A stretch of DNA of 64,000 nucleotides from an uncultured Bacteroidales bacterium (GCA_934699135.1 CAKUVM010000004.1:17331-81330), one strand, 5' to 3'; positions 1 to 10,629 are shown, counted from the stretch's first letter. The notes: generated by a model not told the origin, from the letters alone. Numbers and translations are program-made.

Positions 1-1069
<1,069 letters not shown>

Positions 1070-2044
1070 TTACTTGTCTCGTTTGAAGAGCTTGTTGGCG
1101 AAGTCTATGAAGAATCTCTTGCCCTCGGCCGGGATCTCCATCTCGCGGAGCTTAGACATGGCCTGTGAGAAGAGTTCCTCCACCTTGCGCTCCGTGAGGC
1201 CTCTGGCCCCCGTGGCCTCGTAAAGGTTCTTCACGGCCTCCACCTTCTCTTCCCTCACCGCGTCGGCGTTGGCCATCCACGCCTGGAGCTCCCTCTTCTG
1301 CTGCGCGTCGGCATTGTCCAAGGCGTTGATGAGCAGGAAGGTCTTTTTGTTTTCCATGATGTCGCCACCTATGGCCTTGCCAAAAGTGGCGGCATCCCCA
1401 AAGCTGTCTAGCAGGTCGTCTTGGAGTTGGAAGGCCAACCCAAGGAGGATTCCGTAGTCATAGAGGCCCTGGGTGTCCGCCGCAGTGGCCCCGCCCACGA
1501 GCGCGCCAATCTTCATCGAGGCGGCCAGGAGCACTGCCGTCTTGAGGCGAATCATCTCCAGATACTCGGCGGCCGTCACGTCATTGCGCGACTCGAAGTC
1601 GATGTCCAGCTGCTGGCCTTGGCAGACCTCACGGGCCGTCTGGTTAAAAGTGTCACAGATGAGCGAGAAAGAAGGGGAGTCGGTGAGCTGGAGGAGGCGG
1701 TATGTCTCAATGAGCATGGCGTCTCCGCTCAATATGGCGGTGTTGAGGCCATACTTGGCCACCACTGTCGGCTTTCCCCTGCGGATGCAGGCCTTGTCCA
1801 TCACGTCGTCATGGAGCAGGGTGAAGTTGTGGAACACCTCAATGGCCATGGCGGGCCACTTGGCCTGGCCGTAATCGTCCTTAAAGAGGGCGCAGGTGGC
1901 GAGGCACATTGACGGGCGCAGCCTCTTGCCGCCAAGTGACATGGAGTATCTGACAGGGTCGTAGAGGTTGCGCGGCTCCTGGCCGTAGTCTATCTCGGAG
2001 AGCCATTTCTCTACGTCTGAGAGTATATTTTCAATAGAAAGCAT
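1070..2044 (-). CDS. Polyprenyl (isoprenyl) diphosphate synthase
   Basis: Both aspartate-rich prenyltransferase motifs are present (LLHDDVMD and FQLQDDLLD). The track start at 2050 is TTG; an ATG lies two codons in at 2044. Confidence 0.85.
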   Translation of the reverse strand: MLSIENILSDVEKWLSEIDYGQEPRNLYDPVRYSMSLGGKRLRPSMCLATCALFKDDYGQAKWPAMAIEVFHNFTLLHDDVMDKACIRRGKPTVVAKYGLNTAILSGDAMLIETYRLLQLTDSPSFSLICDTFNQTAREVCQGQQLDIDFESRNDVTAAEYLEMIRLKTAVLLAASMKIGALVGGATAADTQGLYDYGILLGLAFQLQDDLLDSFGDAATFGKAIGGDIMENKKTFLLINALDNADAQQKRELQAWMANADAVREEKVEAVKNLYEATGARGLTERKVEELFSQAMSKLREMEIPAEGKRFFIDFANKLFKRDK

Positions 2045-2115
2045 AGTCAAAGATACAAAAAGATACGGAAGCTAGGCCGTGCCAGTCATAACTCTTTTAG
2101 CTCCTTTTGACGGTT

Positions 2116-2568
2116 TTAGAACGCTTTGCCCTCAATTTGGGAAATTCTTTCCCTCCACCTCTCCAAGATTGGTATGCTGGACTGCGTCCTTTTGCTGAAG
2201 CCAGACATGACGGAGTCTGACACCGCGCAAATGGCTCCCGTGTTCTTGTTCACTATGGCCATTATCATGCTTATGCTCTTGTACCCGATGCGGTGCACGG
2301 CCACGCGGACTTCGATGTCGTCTTCGAGGTGCACCTGGTGCAGGAAGTCCGTGGAATATGACACCACGAGCATTGTGGAGTCTCCCTTATAGAATTCGAG
2401 GCCGCAGCACTCCTTCATATAGGCGGCTCGGCCTATGTCAAAGAAAGCCTGCATGGAGGCATTGTTGGCGTGCCCGTAGCCGTCTAGGTCGTTGAAGCGC
2501 AGCTGCACGTCGGTCTTGACCTTGAACGGGTAGTTCTCCACGTCTATGGGATATTGCTTCTTGATCAT
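2116..2568 (-). CDS. Hotdog-fold acyl-CoA thioesterase (4HBT/YbgC-like)
   Basis: 150-aa ORF with an ATG start. Size and overall pattern resemble thioesterase-superfamily proteins. This is family-level recognition only; catalytic residues were not verified. Confidence 0.55.
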   Translation of the reverse strand: MIKKQYPIDVENYPFKVKTDVQLRFNDLDGYGHANNASMQAFFDIGRAAYMKECCGLEFYKGDSTMLVVSYSTDFLHQVHLEDDIEVRVAVHRIGYKSISMIMAIVNKNTGAICAVSDSVMSGFSKRTQSSIPILERWRERISQIEGKAF

Positions 2569-2620
2569 CTGTTGTTGTGTCTTAGTTGTCGCGTCGCAGT
2601 GTGTTTGTAGTGGTCGGGGG

Positions 2621-3199
2621 CTAAGGGCGGAGCACCGTCACTTGCCCGTCGGCCTTGAGTTTGACAATGCTGCTGGGCTTGGCCTTGGCCGTGTCTTCTC
2701 GGCGGAAGAGGACGGCGTAGTCCACGGCGTTGAGGATCTCTGGAGAGACTTCGGAGAAGATGGCCGCGACCGGCTGGCCGCTTATGTTGGCTGAGGTGGA
2801 GACCACGGCCTTGCCGAAGGCGCGGCACAAGTCATGGCTAAACTTCTCGTTGGTCACCCTGATGCCTATTGAGCCGTCCTCCGCAATGAGGTTGCAGGCC
2901 AGATTTTTAGCGCCGTCGAGTATGAGGGTGAGGGGCTTGTCGGCCAAGTCCATCATATCATACGCCACGTCCGGGATCTCCTTGGCGTAGACGCCGGCTC
3001 GACTTGCCGAATCGACCAGGACCAGCATGCTCTTGCTCTCCGCCCTCTGCTTGATGGCGTAGACCTTGGCCACGGCGTCGGCGTTTGTGGCGTCGCAGCC
3101 CAGCCCCCAGACGGTGTCCGTAGGATAGAGGATCACGCCGCCCTCGCGGAGCGTCTTGACGGCCTGGCGCAAATCTGCCATATACTCTTCCTTGTTCAT
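2621..3199 (-). CDS. tsaC: L-threonylcarbamoyladenylate synthase (YrdC/Sua5 domain)
   Basis: Contains GGVILYPTDTVWGLGCDATN, a typical YrdC-domain motif. I trimmed the track ORF (start 3259) to ATG 3199 (MNKEEYMADL...). Confidence 0.8.
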   Translation of the reverse strand: MNKEEYMADLRQAVKTLREGGVILYPTDTVWGLGCDATNADAVAKVYAIKQRAESKSMLVLVDSASRAGVYAKEIPDVAYDMMDLADKPLTLILDGAKNLACNLIAEDGSIGIRVTNEKFSHDLCRAFGKAVVSTSANISGQPVAAIFSEVSPEILNAVDYAVLFRREDTAKAKPSSIVKLKADGQVTVLRP

Positions 3200-3270
3200 G
3201 AGTGTCAATGTGTTTTTGGCACCGCCACCACGTCTGCGTTGTACGAGGCGCGAGGCCATTATGTTATGAT

Positions 3271-3308
3271 AAAAAGCGAAAGAAGCGCCCCGCCGAGGCG
3301 GGCGCGCT
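3271..3308 (-). terminator. Rho-independent terminator downstream of dapD
   Basis: GC-rich hairpin 3284-3308 (agcgccccgcc / ggcgggcgcgct, one bulge). On the minus strand it is followed by UCUUUCGCUUUUUAUC (plus 3265-3283). Confidence 0.6.
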
Positions 3309-3343
3309 CCGTGTGCCGTCGGCCTGACGCGACGGGAGTCTGG

Positions 3344-4165
3344 CTAGGCGTTGATGTCGTAGTCTCGAAGGCACTCGTTGAGCGACGTCTTCTTGTCGGT
3401 AGATTCTTTTCGCCGGCCAATGATGAGCGTGGCTGCCGTGGCGTATTCTCCAGCCGGGAATTTCTTGACGTAGGAACCGGGGATGACTACGGAGCGCGGC
3501 GGGACGTAGCCCTTGGTTATGACGGGCTCGGGGCCCGTGACGTCGATTATCTTGGTGGAGCCCGTCAGCACGCAGCCGGCGGCCAAGACGGCCTCGCGGC
3601 CTATGTGGCACCCCTCTACAATGATGCACCTGGAGCCAATGAACGCGTGATCCTCAATGATGACCGGCGCGGCCTGCACGGGCTCCAACACGCCGCCCAC
3701 GCCCACGCCACCGCTCAGGTGAACCCCGCGGCCAATCTGCGCGCAGCTGCCGACGGTCGCCCACGTGTCCACCATGGTGCCGCCGCCCACATAGGCGCCG
3801 ATGTTGACGAACGATGGCATCATGACGACGCCTTTCTCAATGAACGAGCCAAAACGCGCCACGGCGTGCGGCACGGCGCGGACTCCCATTTCGGCATAGC
3901 CGTGTTTGAGCGGCACCTTGTCATGCCACTCAAAGGGGTCGCACTCCACTGTCTTCATCTCGTGGATGGGGAAGTAGAGTATGATGGCTTTCTTAATCCA
4001 CTCATTGACAGTCCAGTTCGAACCCGTCTCATCGGGAGTGGCCACGCGGAGCCAGCCTTTATCCAGCAAGTCCACCACACAGTCTATCCCGCGCCTCACC
4101 TCATCTTTGGCCAAGAGGGAGCGGTCGGCCCATGCGGCTTCGACCATCTGCTTCAGTTCTTCCAT
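3344..4165 (-). CDS. dapD: 2,3,4,5-tetrahydropyridine-2,6-dicarboxylate N-succinyltransferase
   Basis: 273 aa. The N-terminal region (MEELKQMVEAAWADRSLL...) is followed by a left-handed beta-helix hexapeptide-repeat C-terminal half (IGAYVGGGTMVDTWATVGSCAQIGRGVHLSGGVGVGG). Confidence 0.85.
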   Translation of the reverse strand: MEELKQMVEAAWADRSLLAKDEVRRGIDCVVDLLDKGWLRVATPDETGSNWTVNEWIKKAIILYFPIHEMKTVECDPFEWHDKVPLKHGYAEMGVRAVPHAVARFGSFIEKGVVMMPSFVNIGAYVGGGTMVDTWATVGSCAQIGRGVHLSGGVGVGGVLEPVQAAPVIIEDHAFIGSRCIIVEGCHIGREAVLAAGCVLTGSTKIIDVTGPEPVITKGYVPPRSVVIPGSYVKKFPAGEYATAATLIIGRRKESTDKKTSLNECLRDYDINA

Positions 4166-4212
4166 AATATTTGTTTTTCAGGTTAGGTTAGTCGTTTCGT
4201 GCCAAGCGCGCG

Positions 4213-7200
4213 TCAGATTCGGAGCTTGGCCAGCCTCTTGGCGAGTCGGCGTTTTTTCAAGTTCTCGAAATGCTCAAGGAGGTGGCGCAGCAGGTCGAAG
4301 TATAGCGTGACGTAGAGCAAGCCAATGAGGAGCCATATCACTGCGCAGTTGAAGAGCGGCGTGGGGATGAGCTCCGAGCCGAGCCTCTTGGCGGGCGAAT
4401 AGAGATGAGCGCGGCCGTAGGGGTTGTCCGGCATGTCGTATATGGGTTGCCTCTTTCGCACCATTTTGTCGGGGTAGATCGCGATCTGCTCAAAATTGTC
4501 TTTGGCCTGCGCCAAGCGGCTGAGAGCCTCATTGACAGACGAATGCTTGAGAGCGGCCAAGGCGTCGGGCGAGCCGAGCCGCGCCACGAGAGCCTGCGCC
4601 ACGCTGTCTGACTGCGCGCTGGCCTGGAGGAACATGGCCTGCGCCCGCCCTTTGAGGAAGTCTATGGCGGCAGCCGCCCTAGGCGAGACCGAAGGCGTGT
4701 AGGCCACGGGCAGGCGCAGGCTGTCTGGCAAAAAAGCCCCCAGTTTTTGCTGCACGCGCGCTAGCTCGGAGAGGAGCAGGGCGCCGCCCTCTGGCTTGGA
4801 GACGCACCGGCGGTTGAGGTTGTCCAACTCGGGCAGCCATGTGGCGGCCGTGTAGGACGCCAGGCTGCGGCGCACCTCCACGTCATAGAAATGCTCCTCG
4901 TAGAGGTTGTTCTTAAACTGGTCTACGGCCAAAGCCTCATAGGCCCACCGGGAGACCATGACGTCGCCAATGACGGGCGTGTACTCGCGGTTACCGAGAG
5001 CGGGGTGCAGACGCGAGAAATCCACCATCGTGCCACTGAAGAGAAGCTGCGGCACGATGACGAGCGGTATGGATATGTAGATGGAGACCGCCGTCTTGAG
5101 GCCGCTGCTTATGTTGAGGCCAAAGACAATGGCGAAGGCGAACGTGGAGAACAGCACCGCGGCGTGGACGGGCCACATGTGCGTGCTGATGCCCATGATG
5201 GAGTGACCAATGCCCACAAGCATAAGGGTCTGGGCAAGTGACATGGCAAAGAGGTTGACAATCTTGGCACTGAGGTATGACGTCCTGCTAAGGTTGAGAA
5301 ACTGCTCTCGCATGAGCAACTTGCGGTCTTTTATCATCTCCTCGGCCGAAGTGTTGAGACCCACGAAGATGGCCACGACCACGCACATGAAGAGGTAGGT
5401 GGGCAGGTTGGAGTTGGCGAAGAGGGTGTAGACCCCGCTCTTGTCAATGTAGTGCGTGGCCAGGGCCAGCAGCATCGCAAGGATGGGCACCTCAAGGATG
5501 TTGAGGAGAATATATTGGGTGTCTTTGAGCTTCTTGAGGGCGTCTCGCAAGACGAAGGTTATGAACTGGCTGCGCCGGCTGGGGATGCTGTATAGGTTAA
5601 CGGGCAGTTTCTCCTTTATGGTCGCCTTTTTGTTTTTCCAGTCGAAGTTGGCCTCAATCTCGTCTTGATATGCCTTATACCACTCCTGCGGCGTCACTTT
5701 GCGCTTCCTTATGAGTTTGCCGGATGGGTCCACCATCCTCGTCTCGATGATGCGGAGCGGCTGCTCCGTCTTGACGTTGCCGCAAAGGTAGCACTCCCTC
5801 TCCTCGGGGTTGACATAGTGAGCCTTCTTCTTGAAATATACAATGGCGTTCATCGGGTTGCCATTGTAGACAATGTAGCCGCCCTGGTCAATTATGAGGA
5901 GTTTGTCCAGAAGTTTGTATATGTCGCTGTTGGGCTGGTGTATGTTGATTATGACCAACTTGCCCTTCAGCACCTGCCTTTTGAGCAGAGCCATGACTTT
6001 TTCGGAGTCGGAGCTGGAGAGGCCAGACGTAGGCTCATCGACAAAGAGGATTGAGGGCTCGCGCATGAGTTCCAGCGCGATGTTGAGGCGTTTGCGTTGG
6101 CCGCCGCTCAGCACTTTATTGAGCGGGCTGCCCACTTTGAGGTCTCGGGCCTCGACAAGGTCGAAGTCTTGGAGCGCCTTCTCAATGAGTGCCATTTTCT
6201 CTTGCCGGCTCTTGTTGCTGAAGATCAGGCGGGCGTTGAACCACAGGTTCTCATAGACCGTCAGCTCCTCGTTGAGCATGTCGTCTTGCGGCACGTAGCC
6301 AATCACGCCCTCCAGGGCGTCATGGTCGGTATAGAGGTCGTAGCCGTTGATGGTTATGCGCCCGTGGCTCAGTTTGAGCTTGCCGCACATAAGGTTCATG
6401 AGCGTGCTCTTGCCGGAGCCGGACCCGCCCATGATGCCCACCAGCTGGCCGCTCTTGCCCAAGAAGCTGAACTGGTGGACGCCCACGGCCGTCTCGGAAA
6501 ACTTATACTCAATGTCCACGGCGCGGTAGAGGATGCGGCCCGTGTCTGGTCTCGTTATGAATTTCTCGGCAATGTGGCCATAGTACACGGGGCGGACATG
6601 CGACGTGTTGATGACTCCTCCCGGGGCCATAGGGTAGACCTTGTCAGCGTCTAGCTTATGGCCGCTGAGGTAGAGGTTTCGCTCGCCATCATAGCGGAAG
6701 ACGAAGGTGTTGGTGCACTTGATGTGCAGCACCCACACGCTCACTCCGAATTTGCTTATATATATGTGCTTGACGTCGGGGTGGGCCTTTTCTGGCCGTC
6801 CGTCGATGAGCAGGAGACGGCTCTTGTCCACCACGTCGAAGGGGGAGAAGAGCGTGAAAGTCTTGAGGTTCCAATAGTCTCCTGGCGGGATGCGGAGCAG
6901 GTCGGCCAACGCGTCGACGAATCGCTCCTCGTCATAACTCACCTCCGGCTTGGCGATGTAGTTGAGCATCGAGGAGAGCAGGAGTATCTTTTCCTCCAGG
7001 TCAATCTCCAAGTTCACGTCGGCGCAGATGCTCTTCATCCGCCTGATGTTCTCTTGCGCCTGCCTCTTCCGCTCACCCTCGTCGGCCAAATCGGCCTGGC
7101 TGTGAAACTTGCCCAGGTAGTAGTCGTAACGTTTGAGGAACTTATTGACATACTCGGCATTGAACTGGCGGGCGAGGTATTCGCCCACTTTGGCGCGACC

Positions 7201-7278
7201 TGTGGCCCCCGCGACGTGCTTGACGTCGGTCAGGAGCGCGAAGAGCTGCATCAGAGCCTCTAGTAGTACTTCACTCAT
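4213..7278 (-). CDS. ABCG/White-type fused ABC transporter (N-terminal extra domain + ATPase + ABC-2 permease)
   Basis: Walker A GGSGSGKST, Q-loop YVPQDD, signature LSGGQRKR, Walker B ILFVDEPTSGL, and an ABCG-style H-loop NIHQP. The C-terminal ~400 aa contain multiple hydrophobic helices. About 270 aa precede the ATPase. Confidence 0.85.
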   Translation of the reverse strand: MSEVLLEALMQLFALLTDVKHVAGATGRAKVGEYLARQFNAEYVNKFLKRYDYYLGKFHSQADLADEGERKRQAQENIRRMKSICADVNLEIDLEEKILLLSSMLNYIAKPEVSYDEERFVDALADLLRIPPGDYWNLKTFTLFSPFDVVDKSRLLLIDGRPEKAHPDVKHIYISKFGVSVWVLHIKCTNTFVFRYDGERNLYLSGHKLDADKVYPMAPGGVINTSHVRPVYYGHIAEKFITRPDTGRILYRAVDIEYKFSETAVGVHQFSFLGKSGQLVGIMGGSGSGKSTLMNLMCGKLKLSHGRITINGYDLYTDHDALEGVIGYVPQDDMLNEELTVYENLWFNARLIFSNKSRQEKMALIEKALQDFDLVEARDLKVGSPLNKVLSGGQRKRLNIALELMREPSILFVDEPTSGLSSSDSEKVMALLKRQVLKGKLVIINIHQPNSDIYKLLDKLLIIDQGGYIVYNGNPMNAIVYFKKKAHYVNPEERECYLCGNVKTEQPLRIIETRMVDPSGKLIRKRKVTPQEWYKAYQDEIEANFDWKNKKATIKEKLPVNLYSIPSRRSQFITFVLRDALKKLKDTQYILLNILEVPILAMLLALATHYIDKSGVYTLFANSNLPTYLFMCVVVAIFVGLNTSAEEMIKDRKLLMREQFLNLSRTSYLSAKIVNLFAMSLAQTLMLVGIGHSIMGISTHMWPVHAAVLFSTFAFAIVFGLNISSGLKTAVSIYISIPLVIVPQLLFSGTMVDFSRLHPALGNREYTPVIGDVMVSRWAYEALAVDQFKNNLYEEHFYDVEVRRSLASYTAATWLPELDNLNRRCVSKPEGGALLLSELARVQQKLGAFLPDSLRLPVAYTPSVSPRAAAAIDFLKGRAQAMFLQASAQSDSVAQALVARLGSPDALAALKHSSVNEALSRLAQAKDNFEQIAIYPDKMVRKRQPIYDMPDNPYGRAHLYSPAKRLGSELIPTPLFNCAVIWLLIGLLYVTLYFDLLRHLLEHFENLKKRRLAKRLAKLRI

Positions 7279-7346
7279 TGAGATAACTTATCGATGCCGC
7301 CAGCCTGTCGGAGTTTTCATGGTGCTGGCCGTGTATTCTTGTTCCC

Positions 7347-7354
7347 CAAATATA
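7347..7354 (-). promoter_or_regulatory. Candidate Bacteroidetes -7 promoter box for the ABC transporter gene
   Basis: The minus strand reads TATATTTG, an exact match to TAnnTTTG, about 70 nt upstream of ATG 7278. There is no clean TTTG -33 element. Confidence 0.35.
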
Positions 7355-7419
7355 ACTCAATCGGCTGTTAATAGCGTGTCTCGACGGTTAATTAATAAGA
7401 TAAAGGCGAGTGCGTTGGT

Positions 7420-7953
7420 TCAGAAAGAGGGGCGGTGAAATATGGCGTCTAGCACCACGGCCTTGCGCAAATCGTCCGGCGTTAGGCTTCCCTGCTGCGC
7501 CACAGGGCTGTCTGTCAGCGCGTCGGCAGTGCTTCGCCCGCCCTCTTCGGGCAAGACTGAAGCCGCGGCCTTGCGTCGTTTTTGCTTCGCTGGCTTCTCC
7601 TCCTCCCTTTGCGTCACGCACTCTTTGGCTGCCGCGCTTTCCGCCGCCCTATGACGCTCAAGCTCCCTCTGAGCGTCCTCGGCCTCAGCTCGTTTGCGCT
7701 GCTCTTCCGCCTTGCGGGCCAAAATCTCCTCCCGCTCTCGTTTCTGCCGCTCACGCATCTCCTCGGTGCCGTCCATGCCGGCGTTTTCGTCCAGGGTGTC
7801 CATGACGGCTTTGCCCATCTGATCCCACGCGTCGGGCTGCGCCACGGGCGGGGTGCTGGCCTGCTCTTGGCGTTTTTTGTTCTTGGCCGCCTTGTTGCGC
7901 TCCGAGATGTATGATATCGCAGCTATTATGATGAAGATTATAAGCTCTTTCAT
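7420..7953 (-). CDS. Hypothetical membrane-anchored protein with a charged E/R/K/A-rich region
   Basis: ATG start, an N-terminal hydrophobic helix (LIIFIIIAAISYI), then low-complexity charged sequence. No recognisable domain. Confidence 0.5.
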   Translation of the reverse strand: MKELIIFIIIAAISYISERNKAAKNKKRQEQASTPPVAQPDAWDQMGKAVMDTLDENAGMDGTEEMRERQKREREEILARKAEEQRKRAEAEDAQRELERHRAAESAAAKECVTQREEEKPAKQKRRKAAASVLPEEGGRSTADALTDSPVAQQGSLTPDDLRKAVVLDAIFHRPSF

Positions 7954-8036
7954 TACCCAATCTGTGTCTTGCTGCGTAAAGATATAAATTTTTATTCACA
8001 AGGTGCGGCACCGCGCCGCGGGCCTCCTAAACGCCA

Positions 8037-8068
8037 CGCCCCGGCCAGAGAATGTCTGAGCCGGGGCG
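8037..8068 (-). terminator. Hairpin downstream of carA (possible terminator)
   Basis: 9-bp GC stem cgccccggc / gccggggcg, 39 nt after the carA stop. The U-tract is weak. Confidence 0.4.
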
Positions 8069-8106
8069 GGTCATGCCGTCTTGCGCCTGTCGCGTCAGGC
8101 GGCCGT

Positions 8107-9204
8107 TTACTTGCCGTTTTTGTATTTCACGATGTTCTCAACGAACTCGTCGAAGAACTTCTCTGTGTCGGTGGGCCCGGAGCTTGCCTCGGGGTGGAAC
8201 TGCGTGGAGAAGATGGGCTTGGTCTTGTGACGGATTCCCTCGTTGGTTCCATCGTTAATGTTGACAAACGAAGGCTCCCACTCGTCTCCGAGGGTGGCAG
8301 TGTCTAGCGCAAAGCCGTGATTTTGGCTCGTGATGTAGCACTGCGTCGAGCCGCAACGAATCACAGGGTGATTGTGGGCGCGGTGGCCGTAGGGCAGCTT
8401 ATAGGTCTTGCATCCCGCCGCGATGCCGAGGAGCTGGTTGCCCAGGCATATGCCAAAGATGGGCTTGCCGATCTCTATCGCTTTCTTGATGTTGGCGACG
8501 GTGACCTGGCACATCTGCGGGTCTCCGGGGCCGTTGGAGAGCATTAGGCCGTCATAGTCAATCTGGGTGAAGTCATAGTCCCACGGCACCCTGATCACCG
8601 TGACGTCCCTCTTGAGGAGGCACCTGATGATGTTGAACTTAGCGCCCGTGTCCACCATCACAACCTTATACTTGCCATTGCCGTAGGTCTGCACCTCCTT
8701 GGGCGAGACTTTGGCCACCAGGTTCTCCTTGTTCGGGTCTACGAACTCGACAGGCTGGCCGTCAAACTCGAGCTTGCCGAGCATTGCGCCGTGCTCACGT
8801 ATTTTCTGCGTCAGAGCCCTCGTGTCCACGCCCTCGATGGCGGGGATGTCTTGCTCCTTGAGCCACTGCCCGAGGCTCTTTTGAGCGTTCCAGTGGCTAT
8901 ATTCGCGCGAATAGTCAGAGACGACGACACCCGCCACATGTATTTTTTCCGACTCGAAGAACTTCAGCAAGCCGGTGGCAGGATCCACCGTGTCATGCGG
9001 CACGCCGTAGTTGCCTATGAGCGGGTATGTGAAGACCAGAATCTGGCCCGCGTACGATGGGTCGGTCAGGCTCTCGGGGTAGCCAGACATGGCGGTGTTG
9101 AAGACGACCTCGCCGGCACGGGAGTGGTCTCCACCGAAAGATACACCCTCAAACGCTGTCCCATCTTCAAGGACCAGCCTAATCTTCTTCTTTGAGTCGG
9201 ACAT
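8107..9204 (-). CDS. carA: Carbamoyl-phosphate synthase small (glutaminase) subunit
   Basis: The N-terminal CPSase-small domain (IRLVLEDGTAFEGVSFG) is followed by a class-I GATase with the nucleophile Cys in FGICLGNQLL and HGFAL / QFHPE motifs. I trimmed the start to ATG 9204 (MSDSKKKIRL). Confidence 0.9.
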   Translation of the reverse strand: MSDSKKKIRLVLEDGTAFEGVSFGGDHSRAGEVVFNTAMSGYPESLTDPSYAGQILVFTYPLIGNYGVPHDTVDPATGLLKFFESEKIHVAGVVVSDYSREYSHWNAQKSLGQWLKEQDIPAIEGVDTRALTQKIREHGAMLGKLEFDGQPVEFVDPNKENLVAKVSPKEVQTYGNGKYKVVMVDTGAKFNIIRCLLKRDVTVIRVPWDYDFTQIDYDGLMLSNGPGDPQMCQVTVANIKKAIEIGKPIFGICLGNQLLGIAAGCKTYKLPYGHRAHNHPVIRCGSTQCYITSQNHGFALDTATLGDEWEPSFVNINDGTNEGIRHKTKPIFSTQFHPEASSGPTDTEKFFDEFVENIVKYKNGK

Positions 9205-9351
9205 CTCTTGTCTTTGTTGTGTTTTTAATGCTTTGTTGTCCTTTGCGGCCGCGTGTTGACATTTGACCGTTATCGCCGCCAAGGCTCACGCCGCCCGCGA
9301 AGTTATAAAAAAGTTGTCACGCGCGCCAACAGCCCCATTTGCCAAAGGGCG

Positions 9352-10554
9352 CTAACCTATTGTCACCATTGTGGCCCCGAATCCATACTCGCGGAATGAG
9401 GCGTCTTGGTAGGCGCACTTGGGATATTTCCGGTCTAGGAACCTGCGGAGCTCGCTTTTCAGGACTCCCGCCCCCACGCCGTGTATAAAGACGACGCGCA
9501 TCCCCTTGCGACCCGCATTTTGCTCCATTATGGTGCGGACGTGAGCCATCTGGGCGTCGAGCATGTCTTTGTTCTCCAACCCGCGCGTGTCTGGCAAGAG
9601 GCTGTCTATGTGCAGGTCAACCTCCAGGAGATCCGTCACGCGGCTGGGCCTTGAGGCCTTGGCGGGCTCTGGCTTGCGCCCGTCGGCCGCCGCCTTGCGC
9701 ACCTCCTTGTCTGAGAGCTGCTCCAACTTGGTCGCGAACTCGTCTTTGATGACGGGCATGATGATGGCCTTCTCATCAAAATAGTCATTCTCAACGAAGC
9801 TGCCGTCTCGCAGCAATTTAGCCCCGCGGGGCTTGATCTCCACGTTATAGACGGGCTGGGCCTTGAAGCTGCGTATTTTTTTGAACATCAGGAGTTGCAC
9901 CTGCCACGTCTGGCCGTCCACCTGCATCGGGTTGAGGGTGTCTATCTTCTCTTTTGTGTTCGGCTCAATGGTGGCCGCCCCCATGAGTGTGGATGTCCCT
10001 TTGCTGTCGGTACGGAGGATGGCGTATGACGCGAAATAGTTGGAGTCGTTGACCACATGCAGGTCCACGGTGCCCGTGCGGCCTCCGTCAGTCTTTATCA
10101 GGGCCAGCGCGAAATGCGGCTCTGCGTCGTCGGAGGCGTCGGCATCGAACGTGTAGCTCTCGGGCTTAGGCTCGTCCGTCTGTGGCAGGCTTTGCGGCTT
10201 GGTGTCGGCCCTCGGCGCGCGCACGGGCAGCACTGGCACGTCGGGCTCATCCTCGTCTTCCTCTTCCTCCTCGTCTGCTTTGATGCGCTCTCGCCAACTG
10301 GAGCCTTCGGCCAGGCCCCTAGGGGCTTTGGGCTTTTGGCTGGCGGCCTTCTTGGCGTTGCGCGCCGAGCGGCTATACGCCTCATCTTGAAGCCGATGCT
10401 CGGCCTCGTCAATCACCACAATGTTGTTGTCTAACGTCGGGATCTGGAAGCCGTCTTCGTCTTCCACATATACGGTGTGGCCATCAACGCGCGCCACCTT
10501 GCCGCCGCCCTCTTGGTCGAGGAACCTGACGCGGTCGCCTATGTTAACTTTCAT
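9352..10554 (-). CDS. Smr-domain protein with a long N-terminal region and an acidic linker
   Basis: C-terminal Smr pattern LEVDLHIDSL...MRVVFIHGVGAGVLKSELRRFL. There is an acidic run EEEEEDEDE. The N-terminus is MKVNIGDRVRFLDQEGGGKVARV. Confidence 0.75.
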   Translation of the reverse strand: MKVNIGDRVRFLDQEGGGKVARVDGHTVYVEDEDGFQIPTLDNNIVVIDEAEHRLQDEAYSRSARNAKKAASQKPKAPRGLAEGSSWRERIKADEEEEEDEDEPDVPVLPVRAPRADTKPQSLPQTDEPKPESYTFDADASDDAEPHFALALIKTDGGRTGTVDLHVVNDSNYFASYAILRTDSKGTSTLMGAATIEPNTKEKIDTLNPMQVDGQTWQVQLLMFKKIRSFKAQPVYNVEIKPRGAKLLRDGSFVENDYFDEKAIIMPVIKDEFATKLEQLSDKEVRKAAADGRKPEPAKASRPSRVTDLLEVDLHIDSLLPDTRGLENKDMLDAQMAHVRTIMEQNAGRKGMRVVFIHGVGAGVLKSELRRFLDRKYPKCAYQDASFREYGFGATMVTIG

Positions 10555-10629
10555 CCTAGAAGTCTTGTTTTTGCCAATGCGAATTTAATGAGTTTATCAC
10601 TCATTTCCGCATCCGACGCAGGGGCATGG

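Noticed and set aside
3239-4186. 315-aa + ORF overlapping dapD
   Set aside because: It is an antisense shadow of dapD. It is Arg/Gly/Ala-rich with no motifs, whereas the minus-strand frame has the DapD hexapeptide-repeat architecture.
10199-10390. Ser-rich / Glu-rich low-complexity stretch, considered as a tandem DNA repeat
   Set aside because: It is just the coding sequence, and its antisense, of the acidic linker EEEEEDEDE in the Smr-domain protein. There is no higher-order repeat unit.
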